NCBI GenBank assembly: GCA_031362885.1
Contig: JANLTJ010000054.1
Span: 2,939-66,938 of the forward strand
DNA length: 64,000 bases
Direction of reading: 5' to 3'
From: Betaproteobacteria bacterium
GTDB taxonomy: Bacteria > Pseudomonadota > Gammaproteobacteria > Burkholderiales > JACQAP01
Each line of letters opens with the position of its first letter. Positions within the stretch are counted from its first letter, which is position 1. The position numbers and the translations under genes were made by a program. The notes under the pieces were generated by a model. That model had not been told where the DNA came from and ran no database searches. It saw nothing but the letters and a program-made list of their open reading frames with translations. Shown here piece after piece: positions 46,129 to 55,321 of this stretch.

Positions 46129-47897
46129 CTTCAATTCCTGTGAAAATAGTATTTTCCGTGTTTGGGCTGGGACTGCTGAGTGCTTGCGCGACCAACATGC
46201 CCTCGAACTCAACCAACGACAGCGCGCGTCAGGAAATGTCCAACGCCTCGCGTCCGCGCCCGCTCGGCGCCGAGTCCGAAGAAGTGGGCCGGGCGCTGCT
46301 GCCGCCGCTGTCGGTGGAAATGCCGCAGGTCGACGGCCGTCCGATTGAGCCGCGGTTCGATCTGGCGGTCAATAACGCGCCGGCCAGCCAAGTATTTATG
46401 GCGATCGTGACCGGCACCCGCTACAGCATGATCGTGCATCCGGACGTCAAGGATAACTTGTCGGTCAACTTGCGCGATGTGACCGTCTTCGAAGCGCTGG
46501 ACACGATTCGCGAAGTTTATGGTTACGAATACAGGCTGCGGGGCAATCGGATACTGGTCGAACCGGTCGGACTGCAGACGCGCGTGTATCAGGTGAACTA
46601 CCTGATGAGCCAGCGCAAAGGCAAGACCGATGTCCGGGTCACCTCCGGGGCGATATCCGACTCCTCCACAAATAACTCATCCGGCACTCAGCCCGCCACA
46701 ACCGGGACCTCGACCACCGCGCTCGAGAGCAGCCGCGTGAGCACCACGTCGGACAATGATTTCTGGAAGGAGATCGGCGCGGCACTAAGCGTGATCGTTG
46801 GCAAGGAAGATGGGCGCAGCGTCGTCCTGAGCCCGCAATCCGGGGTGATCGTGGTGCGCGCCATGCCGGCGCAGTTGCGCGGAGTCGCCGAGTTTCTGAA
46901 GACCATGCAAGTGGTCATTGAGCGCCAGGTGATGCTGGAGGCCAAGATCATCGAGGTGCAGCTCTACGACAGCAATCAGACCGGGGTCAATTGGGCGGCA
47001 TTCAGACAGGGCCCCAACAGCCGTTTCGCAGGCGGGATGCTCAATCCCGGCACCAGTCTGTCGCCTAACGGAGCCATCAATGGGTTTACCGGCCGCAACG
47101 CGGATGGAACCGTATCGGCCAATTCGCTGTTGTCCGCCAACCCGGCTTCACCGGGCGCCATTGCCGCCGGAGTCGGATCTCCGGGCAGCTTGTTCGGACT
47201 TGCCTTCCAGACCAGTAATTTCGCCGCCCTGGTGTCGTTTCTCGAAACCCAGGGTAATTTGCAGGTGTTATCGAGCCCGCGCATTGCCACGTTGAACAAC
47301 CAGAAGGCGGTGCTCAAAGTCGGCACCGACGAGTTTTTCGTGACCAATATCACGACCAATACCACAACCACCGGAACCACCAGCACGCAGTCGCCAACCA
47401 TCACCGTAGCGCCGTTTTTCTCCGGCGTGGCTCTGGATGTGACGCCGCAGATTGATGAGAACAATCAGATCATCCTGCATATTCACCCGTCGGTATCCAA
47501 TGTTATCGAGAAGACGAAGAACATTGATCTGGGCACCGCCGGCAATTTCCGCTTGCCACTGGCTTCCAGCACCATCAGCGAGAGCGACACCATCGTGCGG
47601 GTGTCAAACGCAAACATCGTCGCGATTGGTGGCTTGATGAAGGAAACGTCCACGCGCGACCGCAGCGGTCTGCCGGGGCTGGGACGGGTGCCGGTGGTCG
47701 GCAATGTTTTCAGCAGCAAGGGACGCTCGGTCATGAAAAGCGAGTTGGTCATTCTGCTCAAGCCGACCGTTATCGAGAACGATGCGACCTGGCGTCAGGA
47801 TTTACTGGACACCAAAGAACGCATTGATGCCTACGAACGCAGTGATCGCGAGACCTATCGACCAAAGCCCGCGGATGCCGCTGCGCCCGCGCGGTAG
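46125..47897 (+). CDS. mshL: Secretin (GspD/PilQ family) lipoprotein, MshL
   Basis: 590 aa with a lipobox (LLSAC). The C-terminal secretin domain is ..SSPRIATLNNQKAVLKVGTDEFF..GLPGLGRVPVVGNVF..ELVILLKPTVI. Confidence 0.9.
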   Translation: MTSIPVKIVFSVFGLGLLSACATNMPSNSTNDSARQEMSNASRPRPLGAESEEVGRALLPPLSVEMPQVDGRPIEPRFDLAVNNAPASQVFMAIVTGTRYSMIVHPDVKDNLSVNLRDVTVFEALDTIREVYGYEYRLRGNRILVEPVGLQTRVYQVNYLMSQRKGKTDVRVTSGAISDSSTNNSSGTQPATTGTSTTALESSRVSTTSDNDFWKEIGAALSVIVGKEDGRSVVLSPQSGVIVVRAMPAQLRGVAEFLKTMQVVIERQVMLEAKIIEVQLYDSNQTGVNWAAFRQGPNSRFAGGMLNPGTSLSPNGAINGFTGRNADGTVSANSLLSANPASPGAIAAGVGSPGSLFGLAFQTSNFAALVSFLETQGNLQVLSSPRIATLNNQKAVLKVGTDEFFVTNITTNTTTTGTTSTQSPTITVAPFFSGVALDVTPQIDENNQIILHIHPSVSNVIEKTKNIDLGTAGNFRLPLASSTISESDTIVRVSNANIVAIGGLMKETSTRDRSGLPGLGRVPVVGNVFSSKGRSVMKSELVILLKPTVIENDATWRQDLLDTKERIDAYERSDRETYRPKPADAAAPAR

Positions 47898-47954
47898 TTG
47901 CGCCCTGCGCACGGAGAAAAAATTGGTTGCCGCGACAAGTCGGCGACGGTATTT

Positions 47955-48851
47955 ATGATGTACCTCGCCCACTTTTCCCTGCGTGAACCCCCGTTCGGAC
48001 TGGCGCCCGATACGAGCTTCGCGTTTGCCTGCACTCCGCATCAGGAGGCGCTCAACACTTTGCTGGTCGCAGTGGCCAACGGCGAAGGCTTCATGAAAGT
48101 GACCGGGGAAGTCGGTACCGGAAAAACCCTGCTATGCCGGCGCTTCCTGTCCCAGCTCGACGAAAATTACGTTACCGCCTATATTCCGAACCCGCAACTT
48201 GATCCTCATGGGCTGCTGCTTGCGCTGCTCGAAGAACTGCGCGTTGATTTTGACCGCAATGGCGACCAGCATCTGCATCTGAAGGCGCTGTATCGCGCGC
48301 TGCTGGATTACGCGCGGGCCGGCAAGCGTGTCGTGGTTTGTCTGGATGAAGCGCAGGCCATGTCGCTGGAAACGCTGGAATCCCTGCGCTTGCTGTCCAA
48401 TCTCGAGACGGAGAAGCGCAAGCTGTTTCAGGTGGTGTTGTTCGGACAGCCGGAACTTGGTGAGAAACTCGCCCACGGATCGGTGCGGCAACTGCGGCAA
48501 CGCATAACGTTTCAGTATCACTTGTCGCCACTGTCGCGCCGCGAACTCGATTACTACGTTACCCACCGTCTGCGGGTTGCCGGCTACACCGGAGATCGGC
48601 TGTTTCATGCCGGCGCCCTGAATGCATTGCACCGTGCCAGCGCCGGCGTACCACGCTTGATCAACGTGGTGGCGCACAAGGCCTTGCTGGCCGCTTTCGG
48701 CGAGGGACGGCACCACGTGTCTGCTTCTAACGTGCGCATGGCTGCCGCGGATACGCCATCCGCGCGGAATGTTTCTTATCCGCTGGTCTGGGCCTGGATC
48801 ATCGTGACGGTATTCGCCGTCGCGGCGATTTACTGGTATCTGATCCGATGA
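47955..48851 (+). CDS. mshM: ExeA-like AAA ATPase (MshM)
   Basis: FGLAPDTSFAF..HQEALNTL.. with Walker A GEVGTGKT and Walker B VVCLDEAQ. ATG 47955 chosen. Confidence 0.85.
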   Translation: MMYLAHFSLREPPFGLAPDTSFAFACTPHQEALNTLLVAVANGEGFMKVTGEVGTGKTLLCRRFLSQLDENYVTAYIPNPQLDPHGLLLALLEELRVDFDRNGDQHLHLKALYRALLDYARAGKRVVVCLDEAQAMSLETLESLRLLSNLETEKRKLFQVVLFGQPELGEKLAHGSVRQLRQRITFQYHLSPLSRRELDYYVTHRLRVAGYTGDRLFHAGALNALHRASAGVPRLINVVAHKALLAAFGEGRHHVSASNVRMAAADTPSARNVSYPLVWAWIIVTVFAVAAIYWYLIR

Positions 48852-50050
48852 GTCTGATCAACAAAGTCCTTCAAGATCTTGACAAGCGTCATGCATCGGC
48901 AGCGGAACTGAAAACTTTGCCGCCCAACGTGCGCGTTGTTCCCGTCCGAGTGCAATCGCACGCGCGTGCATACGGGGTTGCCGTCGTATTGTTGCTCGCC
49001 ATCGCCGCGGTGATTTTTTACCTTTACAGCGGTCGTCGGGATGCACCAAACGACGCCGCGCCGCTCGCTTCCGCGCCTGCCGTGACTCAGGCGCCCGCAG
49101 CCTCTTCCATGCCCCCGGAAGCGGCAACATCGGTGGTAGCGCCGCCGCCGGAGCCGGTGGCGGTATTCAATCCCGTTTCCCGGCTATCGGATGAATTGCG
49201 ACTGGTCGCGCCAATCCCGTCGTCCGGGGAAAGGCGTCCCGTCCCGGGAAAATCCGCCGGTTCCGGCGTAGCGAGGACGCCCGCAGATGATCGTGTCGCG
49301 GCATTAACCAGGAAGGAAAACTCATCGCTGCCCGTGCCGGCACCCGGAACTGAGACGGCGGCAAAATCCGCCGCACCGGACAATCGACCGATCAGTGCCG
49401 CTGCGGCGGCGCTGTCCGCCGACTCAAGCGGACCGACAACGATCGACAAGAAAATGCGCGAAGTGGCGTCAGCGGAACGCGCCGAGATTGCTTTTCGCAA
49501 AGGCGTTGCGCAGCTCCAGGAGGGCCGGGCGAATGCGGCGGAGGCGGATTTTCGGGAGGCTTTGAAGCTCGATCCGTCGCACGCGGGCGCAAATCAGGCC
49601 TTGCTTGGCCTGCTCCTCGACAGTGGGCGCAACAACGAGGCAGAAAAGCTCACGCGCATGGTGCTCGAAATCAATCCGCGGCAGCCGCGTCACGCCATGG
49701 TGCTCGCGCGACTGGAGGTGGAGCGTGGCGAAGTCACTGGTGCGATCAACACCATGGTGGGAGCCCTGCCTTATGTGCAGTCCGATCCGGAGTTCCACGC
49801 TTTTCTGGCGGCGTTGTTGCAGCGTGAAGGGCGGCATCGGGAGGCGGCGGACTATTATCGCGTCGCCTTGCGAGGTGTGCCCGGTCATGGCATCTGGATG
49901 ATGGGCCTGGGGATTTCCCTGCGTGCGGAGAATCAGGCCGCGGAAGCGCGCGATGCATTTCAACGCGCCATCGACTCCCAGCAACTGACCCCCGACCTTC
50001 AGGAGTTCGTCGGGCGGCAGTTGCGCGACCTTGCCGTCCTGAAGAAGTAA
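48848..50050 (+). CDS. mshN: TPR-repeat pilus biogenesis protein (MshN-like)
   Basis: 400 aa with one TM, an Ala/Pro-rich linker and C-terminal TPR repeats. ATGA overlap with mshM. Confidence 0.7.
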   Translation: MSLINKVLQDLDKRHASAAELKTLPPNVRVVPVRVQSHARAYGVAVVLLLAIAAVIFYLYSGRRDAPNDAAPLASAPAVTQAPAASSMPPEAATSVVAPPPEPVAVFNPVSRLSDELRLVAPIPSSGERRPVPGKSAGSGVARTPADDRVAALTRKENSSLPVPAPGTETAAKSAAPDNRPISAAAAALSADSSGPTTIDKKMREVASAERAEIAFRKGVAQLQEGRANAAEADFREALKLDPSHAGANQALLGLLLDSGRNNEAEKLTRMVLEINPRQPRHAMVLARLEVERGEVTGAINTMVGALPYVQSDPEFHAFLAALLQREGRHREAADYYRVALRGVPGHGIWMMGLGISLRAENQAAEARDAFQRAIDSQQLTPDLQEFVGRQLRDLAVLKK

Positions 50051-50053
50051 CGG

Positions 50054-50776
50054 TCAGCCAGTTCCTGGCGCCGGCGTTCGCGCCGCAATCCAGCCAACCA
50101 CTTCGCGCGCTCCGCGCCGCTTCAGAGTCAGCGCCAGTTCGTTGAGCGTTGCGCCCGTGGTCAGCACGTCGTCGACAACAGCCACCGATTTTCCGTGGAG
50201 ATCGGCGTCGCATGCAAATGCATTGCGCACGTTCTTCGCGCGCTGTTTCCACGGCAGTGAAGCCTGCGGTGCGCTCTCGCGCACCCGGCGGCAGACACCG
50301 ATCGAGATCGTCAGGCCGAAGTCCGCGGCCAGGCCGCGCGCCAGTTCCACGGATTGATTAAATCCGCGCTCCGCCGTGCGGGCGGGCGCGAGCGGCATCG
50401 GAACAATCAGATCCGGATAGGGTTCCGGTTCCAGCACCTGGGTGAGTCCGGCGCTTAAAGGCCTTGCGCAGGCCAGATTGCCCCGGTACTTCAATCCCTG
50501 GATCAACACGGTGGCGGGGAAGTCATACAGGAACGGCGCGACCACGCGGTCGAAATACGGTCGTTGGCCGAGGCAGCGTCCACAGGTTTCACCCGCCGGA
50601 CTGGGGATCGCGCAGACCGGACAACGCAAGATTGTTAGTCCGGGCAGGCTCCCGCGACATCCCGAGCACAGGCCATCGTCCCCGGCATTGCCGGAGCACA
50701 ACAGGCACACCGGGGCCATCAGCCTGTGGGTAAATGCGAGACAGTTGTCAAAAATTCCGGAAAATGAATTTGACAC
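50054..50776 (-). CDS. comF: ComF-family protein (phosphoribosyltransferase domain + N-terminal Zn finger)
   Basis: 240 aa. N-terminal CxxC pairs (CLLCSG..CSGC; CPVC..CGRC) and the PRTase motif [14 protein letters not shown]. Confidence 0.85.
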   Translation of the reverse strand: MSNSFSGIFDNCLAFTHRLMAPVCLLCSGNAGDDGLCSGCRGSLPGLTILRCPVCAIPSPAGETCGRCLGQRPYFDRVVAPFLYDFPATVLIQGLKYRGNLACARPLSAGLTQVLEPEPYPDLIVPMPLAPARTAERGFNQSVELARGLAADFGLTISIGVCRRVRESAPQASLPWKQRAKNVRNAFACDADLHGKSVAVVDDVLTTGATLNELALTLKRRGAREVVGWIAARTPAPGTG

Positions 50777-50834
50777 GGATTCGTCCTTCCCCGACTATCT
50801 TGTTGCCCAAACTTCCAACGGTCTTACCTGCATC

Positions 50835-51860
50835 ATGCCCGACATTGCGCAGACTCTCAGCCGGAAAAGACCGGCCACCGAACCAGTAGTGTGGACCGCT
50901 GCACAAGTTGAGGTGCTGTTGTCCGCGCCATTCAATGACCTGATGTTTCAGGCGCAGCAGGTTCACAGGCAGCACTTCGCACCCAACGAAGTTCAGTTTT
51001 CCACCCTGCTGTCGATTAAGACCGGCGGCTGCCCGGAAGATTGCGGCTACTGTCCGCAGGCTGCGCGCTATCACACCGGGGTCGGGAACGAGGCGCTGAT
51101 GCCGGTCGCGGCCGTCGTCGAGGCGGCGCGCGCCGCAAAACATAACGGTGCTTCGCGATTCTGCATGGGGGCGGCCTGGCGCGGACCGAAGCAGCGCGAC
51201 TTGGAAAAAGTAGCCGAGATGGTGCGCGAGGTCAAGGCACTGGGACTGGAGACCTGCGCCACGCTCGGCATGCTGAAGGAGGGGCAGGCGGAACAGCTCA
51301 AGGATGCGGGCCTCGACTACTACAATCACAATCTCGATACCGACCCCGCGCTGTACGGAGAAATCATCACCACGCGCGAGCAGAGCGAGCGCCTGGACAC
51401 ACTGCAGAAAGTGCGCGGCGCCGGCATGCATGTGTGCTGCGGCGGAATTGTCGGGATGGGCGAAACGCGAGCCAATCGCGCCGCCCTGATCGCCCAGCTG
51501 GCGAGCCTGGATCCGTATCCGGAAAGCGTGCCCATCAACAATCTGGTGCAGGTGAAAGGCACCCCCTTGCACGGCACGCCGGAGCTCGATCCGTTTGAAT
51601 TCGTGCGCACCATCGCTGCGGCGCGCATCACGATGCCGCGAGCGATGGTGCGGCTGTCGGCCGGACGTGAGGATATGTCCGACGAAATGCAATCGCTGTG
51701 CTTTCTGGCCGGTGCCAATTCAATCTTCTATGGCGAGAAGCTGCTGACCACGCCGAATCCGGCGGCGAATCGCGATCGGTTGCTGTTTGACCGGCTGGGC
51801 ATAAGGCCGATGCTCAGTGCCCATACGCCAGCCGTTAAGCCGGCGATCGACAGCCCCTGA
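50835..51860 (+). CDS. bioB: Biotin synthase
   Basis: Radical-SAM [12 protein letters not shown], ..YNHNLDT.., ..[13 protein letters not shown] 50835. The upstream part of the track ORF is antisense to comF. Confidence 0.95.
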   Translation: MPDIAQTLSRKRPATEPVVWTAAQVEVLLSAPFNDLMFQAQQVHRQHFAPNEVQFSTLLSIKTGGCPEDCGYCPQAARYHTGVGNEALMPVAAVVEAARAAKHNGASRFCMGAAWRGPKQRDLEKVAEMVREVKALGLETCATLGMLKEGQAEQLKDAGLDYYNHNLDTDPALYGEIITTREQSERLDTLQKVRGAGMHVCCGGIVGMGETRANRAALIAQLASLDPYPESVPINNLVQVKGTPLHGTPELDPFEFVRTIAAARITMPRAMVRLSAGREDMSDEMQSLCFLAGANSIFYGEKLLTTPNPAANRDRLLFDRLGIRPMLSAHTPAVKPAIDSP

Positions 51861-51869
51861 AAGAATTGC

Positions 51870-53066
51870 GTGTCCGGCTTGTTGATGGAAACGCGGTCCG
51901 CTGCGCCAGTGCGTGACCTTGCGGTGGAGTTGGCCGCACTGGATCGACAGGGTCTGCGGCGGCAGCGCCGCCTGCTCGACTCGGCGCAAGGCGCGCGGGT
52001 TCGCGTCGATGGCAGGGACTATCTCTCATTTTGCAGCAATGATTATCTGGGCCTGGCGGCTGATTCGCGTATTGCCGAAGCCGCGGTTGCATCGATTCGC
52101 GCCCATGGTCTGGGGGCCGGCGCGTCGCATTTGCTGAGCGGACATCATCGCGCCCACGACGATCTGGAACGCGTGCTGGAGTCCTTCACCGGGTTGCCCC
52201 GCGCACTTTTGTTTTCTTCCGGTTACATGGCCAACCTTGCCCTGATCAGCGTCCTCGCCGGCAGGTCCAGCCACATTTTCGCCGATCGCCTCAATCATGC
52301 GTCGCTCAATGACGCCATGCTGCTGTCCCGGGCGCGCTGCCAACGGTATGCCCATTGCGATCTGAGTGCGCTCGAAATCCTCTTGGCGCGCTCGGACGCA
52401 GCAGACAAGGTCGTCGTCACCGATGCCGTTTTCAGTATGGACGGCGACATTGCGCCGTTAGCGGACCTGGCGCGCCTGTGTGAGCGCTTCGGTGCCTGGC
52501 TGGTGGTCGATGACGCGCACGGTTTCGGAGTGCTCGGCAAGGATGGCGCTGGCGCGCTGAGCCATTTCGGTCTGACCGGCGGGCAGATTGCCTATATGGG
52601 CACACTGGGAAAGGCCGCCGGCGTCTGCGGCGCGTTTGTTGCGGGCAGCGAACCGTTGATCAATCTGCTCATTCAGCGCGCACGACCGTACATTTATACG
52701 ACGGCAGCCCCGCCGCCAATGGCCGCGGCGCTGATCAGGAGCGTCGAACTCATGCAGTCCGAGGGCTGGCGGCGGCAGCGGCTGGTCGAGTTGTCGGCGC
52801 GAATTGCCCAGAAGCTCGTAACGAGCCGGTGGCGCTTGTTGCCGTCCCGGACGGCGATCCATGCATTGATCGTCGGGGAGAATGACGAAACCATGGCCCT
52901 GAGCGCGGCATTGGCCGGTGAAGGCATTTTGGTTCCGGCGATCCGCCCGCCAACGGTGCCGAAGGGCAGCGCTCGGCTGCGTATTTCGTTGTCCGCCGCG
53001 CATACGCTGACTGATGTGGATTTGTTGATCGACGCGCTGGATCGCGCCGAGGCGATGTGGTCGTGA
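51870..53066 (+). CDS. bioF: 8-amino-7-oxononanoate synthase
   Basis: 398 aa. FCSNDYLGLA.. with the PLP-lysine region GTLGKAAG. Confidence 0.92.
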   Translation: MSGLLMETRSAAPVRDLAVELAALDRQGLRRQRRLLDSAQGARVRVDGRDYLSFCSNDYLGLAADSRIAEAAVASIRAHGLGAGASHLLSGHHRAHDDLERVLESFTGLPRALLFSSGYMANLALISVLAGRSSHIFADRLNHASLNDAMLLSRARCQRYAHCDLSALEILLARSDAADKVVVTDAVFSMDGDIAPLADLARLCERFGAWLVVDDAHGFGVLGKDGAGALSHFGLTGGQIAYMGTLGKAAGVCGAFVAGSEPLINLLIQRARPYIYTTAAPPPMAAALIRSVELMQSEGWRRQRLVELSARIAQKLVTSRWRLLPSRTAIHALIVGENDETMALSAALAGEGILVPAIRPPTVPKGSARLRISLSAAHTLTDVDLLIDALDRAEAMWS

Positions 53067-53929
53067 ACGATCAGTCTGCTCTCGACAAGCAGCAGATCCG
53101 GCACTCCTTCGACCGGGCGGCAGCGACTTATGATCAGGCCGCGGTCCTGCAGCGGGAGATCTGCGCGCGCGCCCTGGAACGGCTGGAACTGGTCAATCTC
53201 GATCCCACAGCCATTATCGATGCCGGTTGCGGCACCGGCTTTGCGGCGCAGGCGCTGCTCAAGCGCTATCCACGGGCAACCCTGCTCGAACTCGACCTTG
53301 CCCCGGCGATGCTGCGTGCGTCGCGATCGCGTATTCCGATGTGGAAACAATGGTTCGGATCGAATCGCGCACTTTTCGTTTGCGGCGACAACGAAAAGCT
53401 GCCGATTCGGTCCGCCAGCATGGATCTGTTCTGGTCCAATCTTGCCTACCAGTGGGCGGGCAATCTGGGTGATGTTTTCGCGGAGTGCCTGCGCAGTTTG
53501 CGGCCCGGCGGTCTGCTGATGTTCACGACGTTTGGTCCGGATACGTTGAAGGAACTGCGCATGGCGAGTTCCGGTGATGGCAGGATCCACGTCAACCGCT
53601 TCATCGACATGCATGATATTGGCGACATGATGATCGGTGCCGGTTTCACGGACCCGGTCATGGATATGGAGTATCTGACCCTGACGTACGCGGACGTGCG
53701 CACGCTGATGCGCGAGCTTAAGGCGATCGGTGCGCACAACGTTGCCGCCGGCCGCAATCGCGCATTGACCGGGAAAAACGTGCTGGCGCAGATCGAACAG
53801 CGCTACGAGGCATTTCGGCGCGACGCGCGCCTGCCGGCAACGTTCGAAGTCATCTATGGCCATGCCTGGAAGCCGATGCCGCGTCTGGGCCCCGGCGGAC
53901 GCGCCGTTATTGACATCAAGTCACGCTAA
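53057..53929 (+). CDS. bioC: Malonyl-ACP O-methyltransferase
   Basis: 290 aa. IRHSFDRAAATYDQAAVLQREI.. and the SAM motif IIDAGCGTG. ..NLAYQW. Confidence 0.85.
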   Translation: MVVNDQSALDKQQIRHSFDRAAATYDQAAVLQREICARALERLELVNLDPTAIIDAGCGTGFAAQALLKRYPRATLLELDLAPAMLRASRSRIPMWKQWFGSNRALFVCGDNEKLPIRSASMDLFWSNLAYQWAGNLGDVFAECLRSLRPGGLLMFTTFGPDTLKELRMASSGDGRIHVNRFIDMHDIGDMMIGAGFTDPVMDMEYLTLTYADVRTLMRELKAIGAHNVAAGRNRALTGKNVLAQIEQRYEAFRRDARLPATFEVIYGHAWKPMPRLGPGGRAVIDIKSR

Positions 53930-53939
53930 AGGAATTCGA

Positions 53940-54683
53940 CTGCTTACTCTCTCCTCATCGCCGAAGGCCGGTATTCCGGGGACGCGCCCGGCTCCGCGCG
54001 GCATCTTCGTTACCGGAACCGATACTGGCGTCGGCAAGACCCTGATCGCGTGCGCCTTGTTGCGCGCATTGGCGCGAACCGGCTTGCGCGCCGTCGGCAT
54101 GAAGCCGGTCGCGACCGGTTGTACGGGCGGCGCGTCCGATCGCGCCAACGAAGATGTTACGGCGCTGGTTGCCGCGTCGAATGTACGTGCGCCGATCGAC
54201 CTCGTTAATCCTTATTGTTTCGAACCCGCCATCGCACCCCACATCGCCGCCCGGCGGGCGGGTACGTCAGTGTCCCTGGAGCACATTCGCGAGTGCTATT
54301 TCGCGCTCGCCGGTCGGGCCGATCGCGTGATCGTCGAGGGCGCGGGAGGCCTGCTGGTTCCTCTGGGTGTGCGGGAGGATTTCCGAGATCTGATTGAAAG
54401 CCTTCAGCTACCCGTCGTGCTGGTTGTGGGCATGCGACTGGGTTGTCTGAACCACGCCCGTTTGACGGCGGAAGCCCTGCGCGCGCGCGGATTGCCGTTC
54501 GCGGGATGGGTAGCGAATCGGATCGATTCCGACATGACCTGTTTCGATGAAAATCTGGATACGCTGCGCACGATGCTGCCCGCGCCGTTGATCGCAGTCA
54601 TGCCATTTTCGCCCGATGATGCGAGCGCCAGTGGGGCGATCAATCTGGGTCTGCTGCCGGAGATGGCGCTCCCATCAGCTTAG
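53940..54683 (+). CDS. bioD: Dethiobiotin synthase
   Basis: GIFVTGTDTGVGKT P-loop and ..VIVEGAGGLLVP. There is no in-frame ATG/GTG/TTG between the bioC stop and the P-loop. CTG 53940, 6 nt after AAAGGA, is my best guess and ATT 53934 is an alternative. Confidence 0.82.
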   Translation: MLTLSSSPKAGIPGTRPAPRGIFVTGTDTGVGKTLIACALLRALARTGLRAVGMKPVATGCTGGASDRANEDVTALVAASNVRAPIDLVNPYCFEPAIAPHIAARRAGTSVSLEHIRECYFALAGRADRVIVEGAGGLLVPLGVREDFRDLIESLQLPVVLVVGMRLGCLNHARLTAEALRARGLPFAGWVANRIDSDMTCFDENLDTLRTMLPAPLIAVMPFSPDDASASGAINLGLLPEMALPSA

Positions 54684-54728
54684 CAAGACACGCGCGACAC
54701 CGGTCTGGCGTCACTTTCTTGCCATGGT

Positions 54729-55130
54729 ATGGGCCTTGTGCCACAATTCGGCGCGCCAAAAAAGGACGAGTTTGTGGTTTGTAGCCCTTCGCGGAGGCAA
54801 GCAAATACGGGATTCGGAGTGGACCGCAGCGTGATGGAGGGGACAGCGGAATTTGCGTTCGTTGCAAGACGCAACAATTCCCTCACGGTGCATGGGCGGT
54901 TCATCGTTCTTGCCTCCCTGTCTGCGTTAGTCTTCTCGATTGCGATTGGATTCGCATTTCTCGGCGCATGGCTGGTGTTTCCTTTTGCGGGTTTGGACGT
55001 TCTGGCGGTGTACCTGGCGTTTCGGTATGTGGAAAAGCGTGCCGGTGATTTCGAGTGCATCGGCGTGTACGACGACAAGATCGTCATTGAGCGCGAGCAC
55101 GAGAAGGATCTGCAGAAAGATATGAAATGA
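54729..55130 (+). CDS. DUF2244-family membrane protein, N-terminal (2-TM) part of a split gene
   Basis: ..RRNNSLTVHGRFIVLASLSALVFSIAIGFAFLGAWLVFPFAGLDVLAVYLAFRYV..GDFECI.. matches the N-half of DUF2244 proteins found upstream of coxB. It stops at ..QKDMK*. Confidence 0.6.
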   Translation: MGLVPQFGAPKKDEFVVCSPSRRQANTGFGVDRSVMEGTAEFAFVARRNNSLTVHGRFIVLASLSALVFSIAIGFAFLGAWLVFPFAGLDVLAVYLAFRYVEKRAGDFECIGVYDDKIVIEREHEKDLQKDMK

Positions 55131-55321
55131 ACCGCTATTGGGTTCAGATATCGTTCATTGAAGGTCTGGGCGGGAAACGGAGCAGGATTCTGCTGCGCTC
55201 CCACGGCAGGGAAGCGGTGTTTGGCGAATACCTGGGTAGTGAGCAGTGTGCCGCATTGGCGCATCGGCTTAGGGAACACCTGGATACACGATCACAAAGC
55301 ATTCGTTTGGGGGAAGCATGA
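55127..55321 (+). CDS. DUF2244-family protein, C-terminal part of a split gene
   Basis: 64 aa. MNRYWVQISF..ILLRSHGREAVFGEYLGSEQCAALAHRL matches the C-half of DUF2244. It has ATGA overlaps with both the upstream half and coxB. Confidence 0.55.
   Translation: MNRYWVQISFIEGLGGKRSRILLRSHGREAVFGEYLGSEQCAALAHRLREHLDTRSQSIRLGEA

Noticed and set aside
52694-53863. 389-aa minus-strand ORF opposite bioF and bioC
   Set aside because: It is antisense to two well-supported biotin genes and has no recognisable domains.
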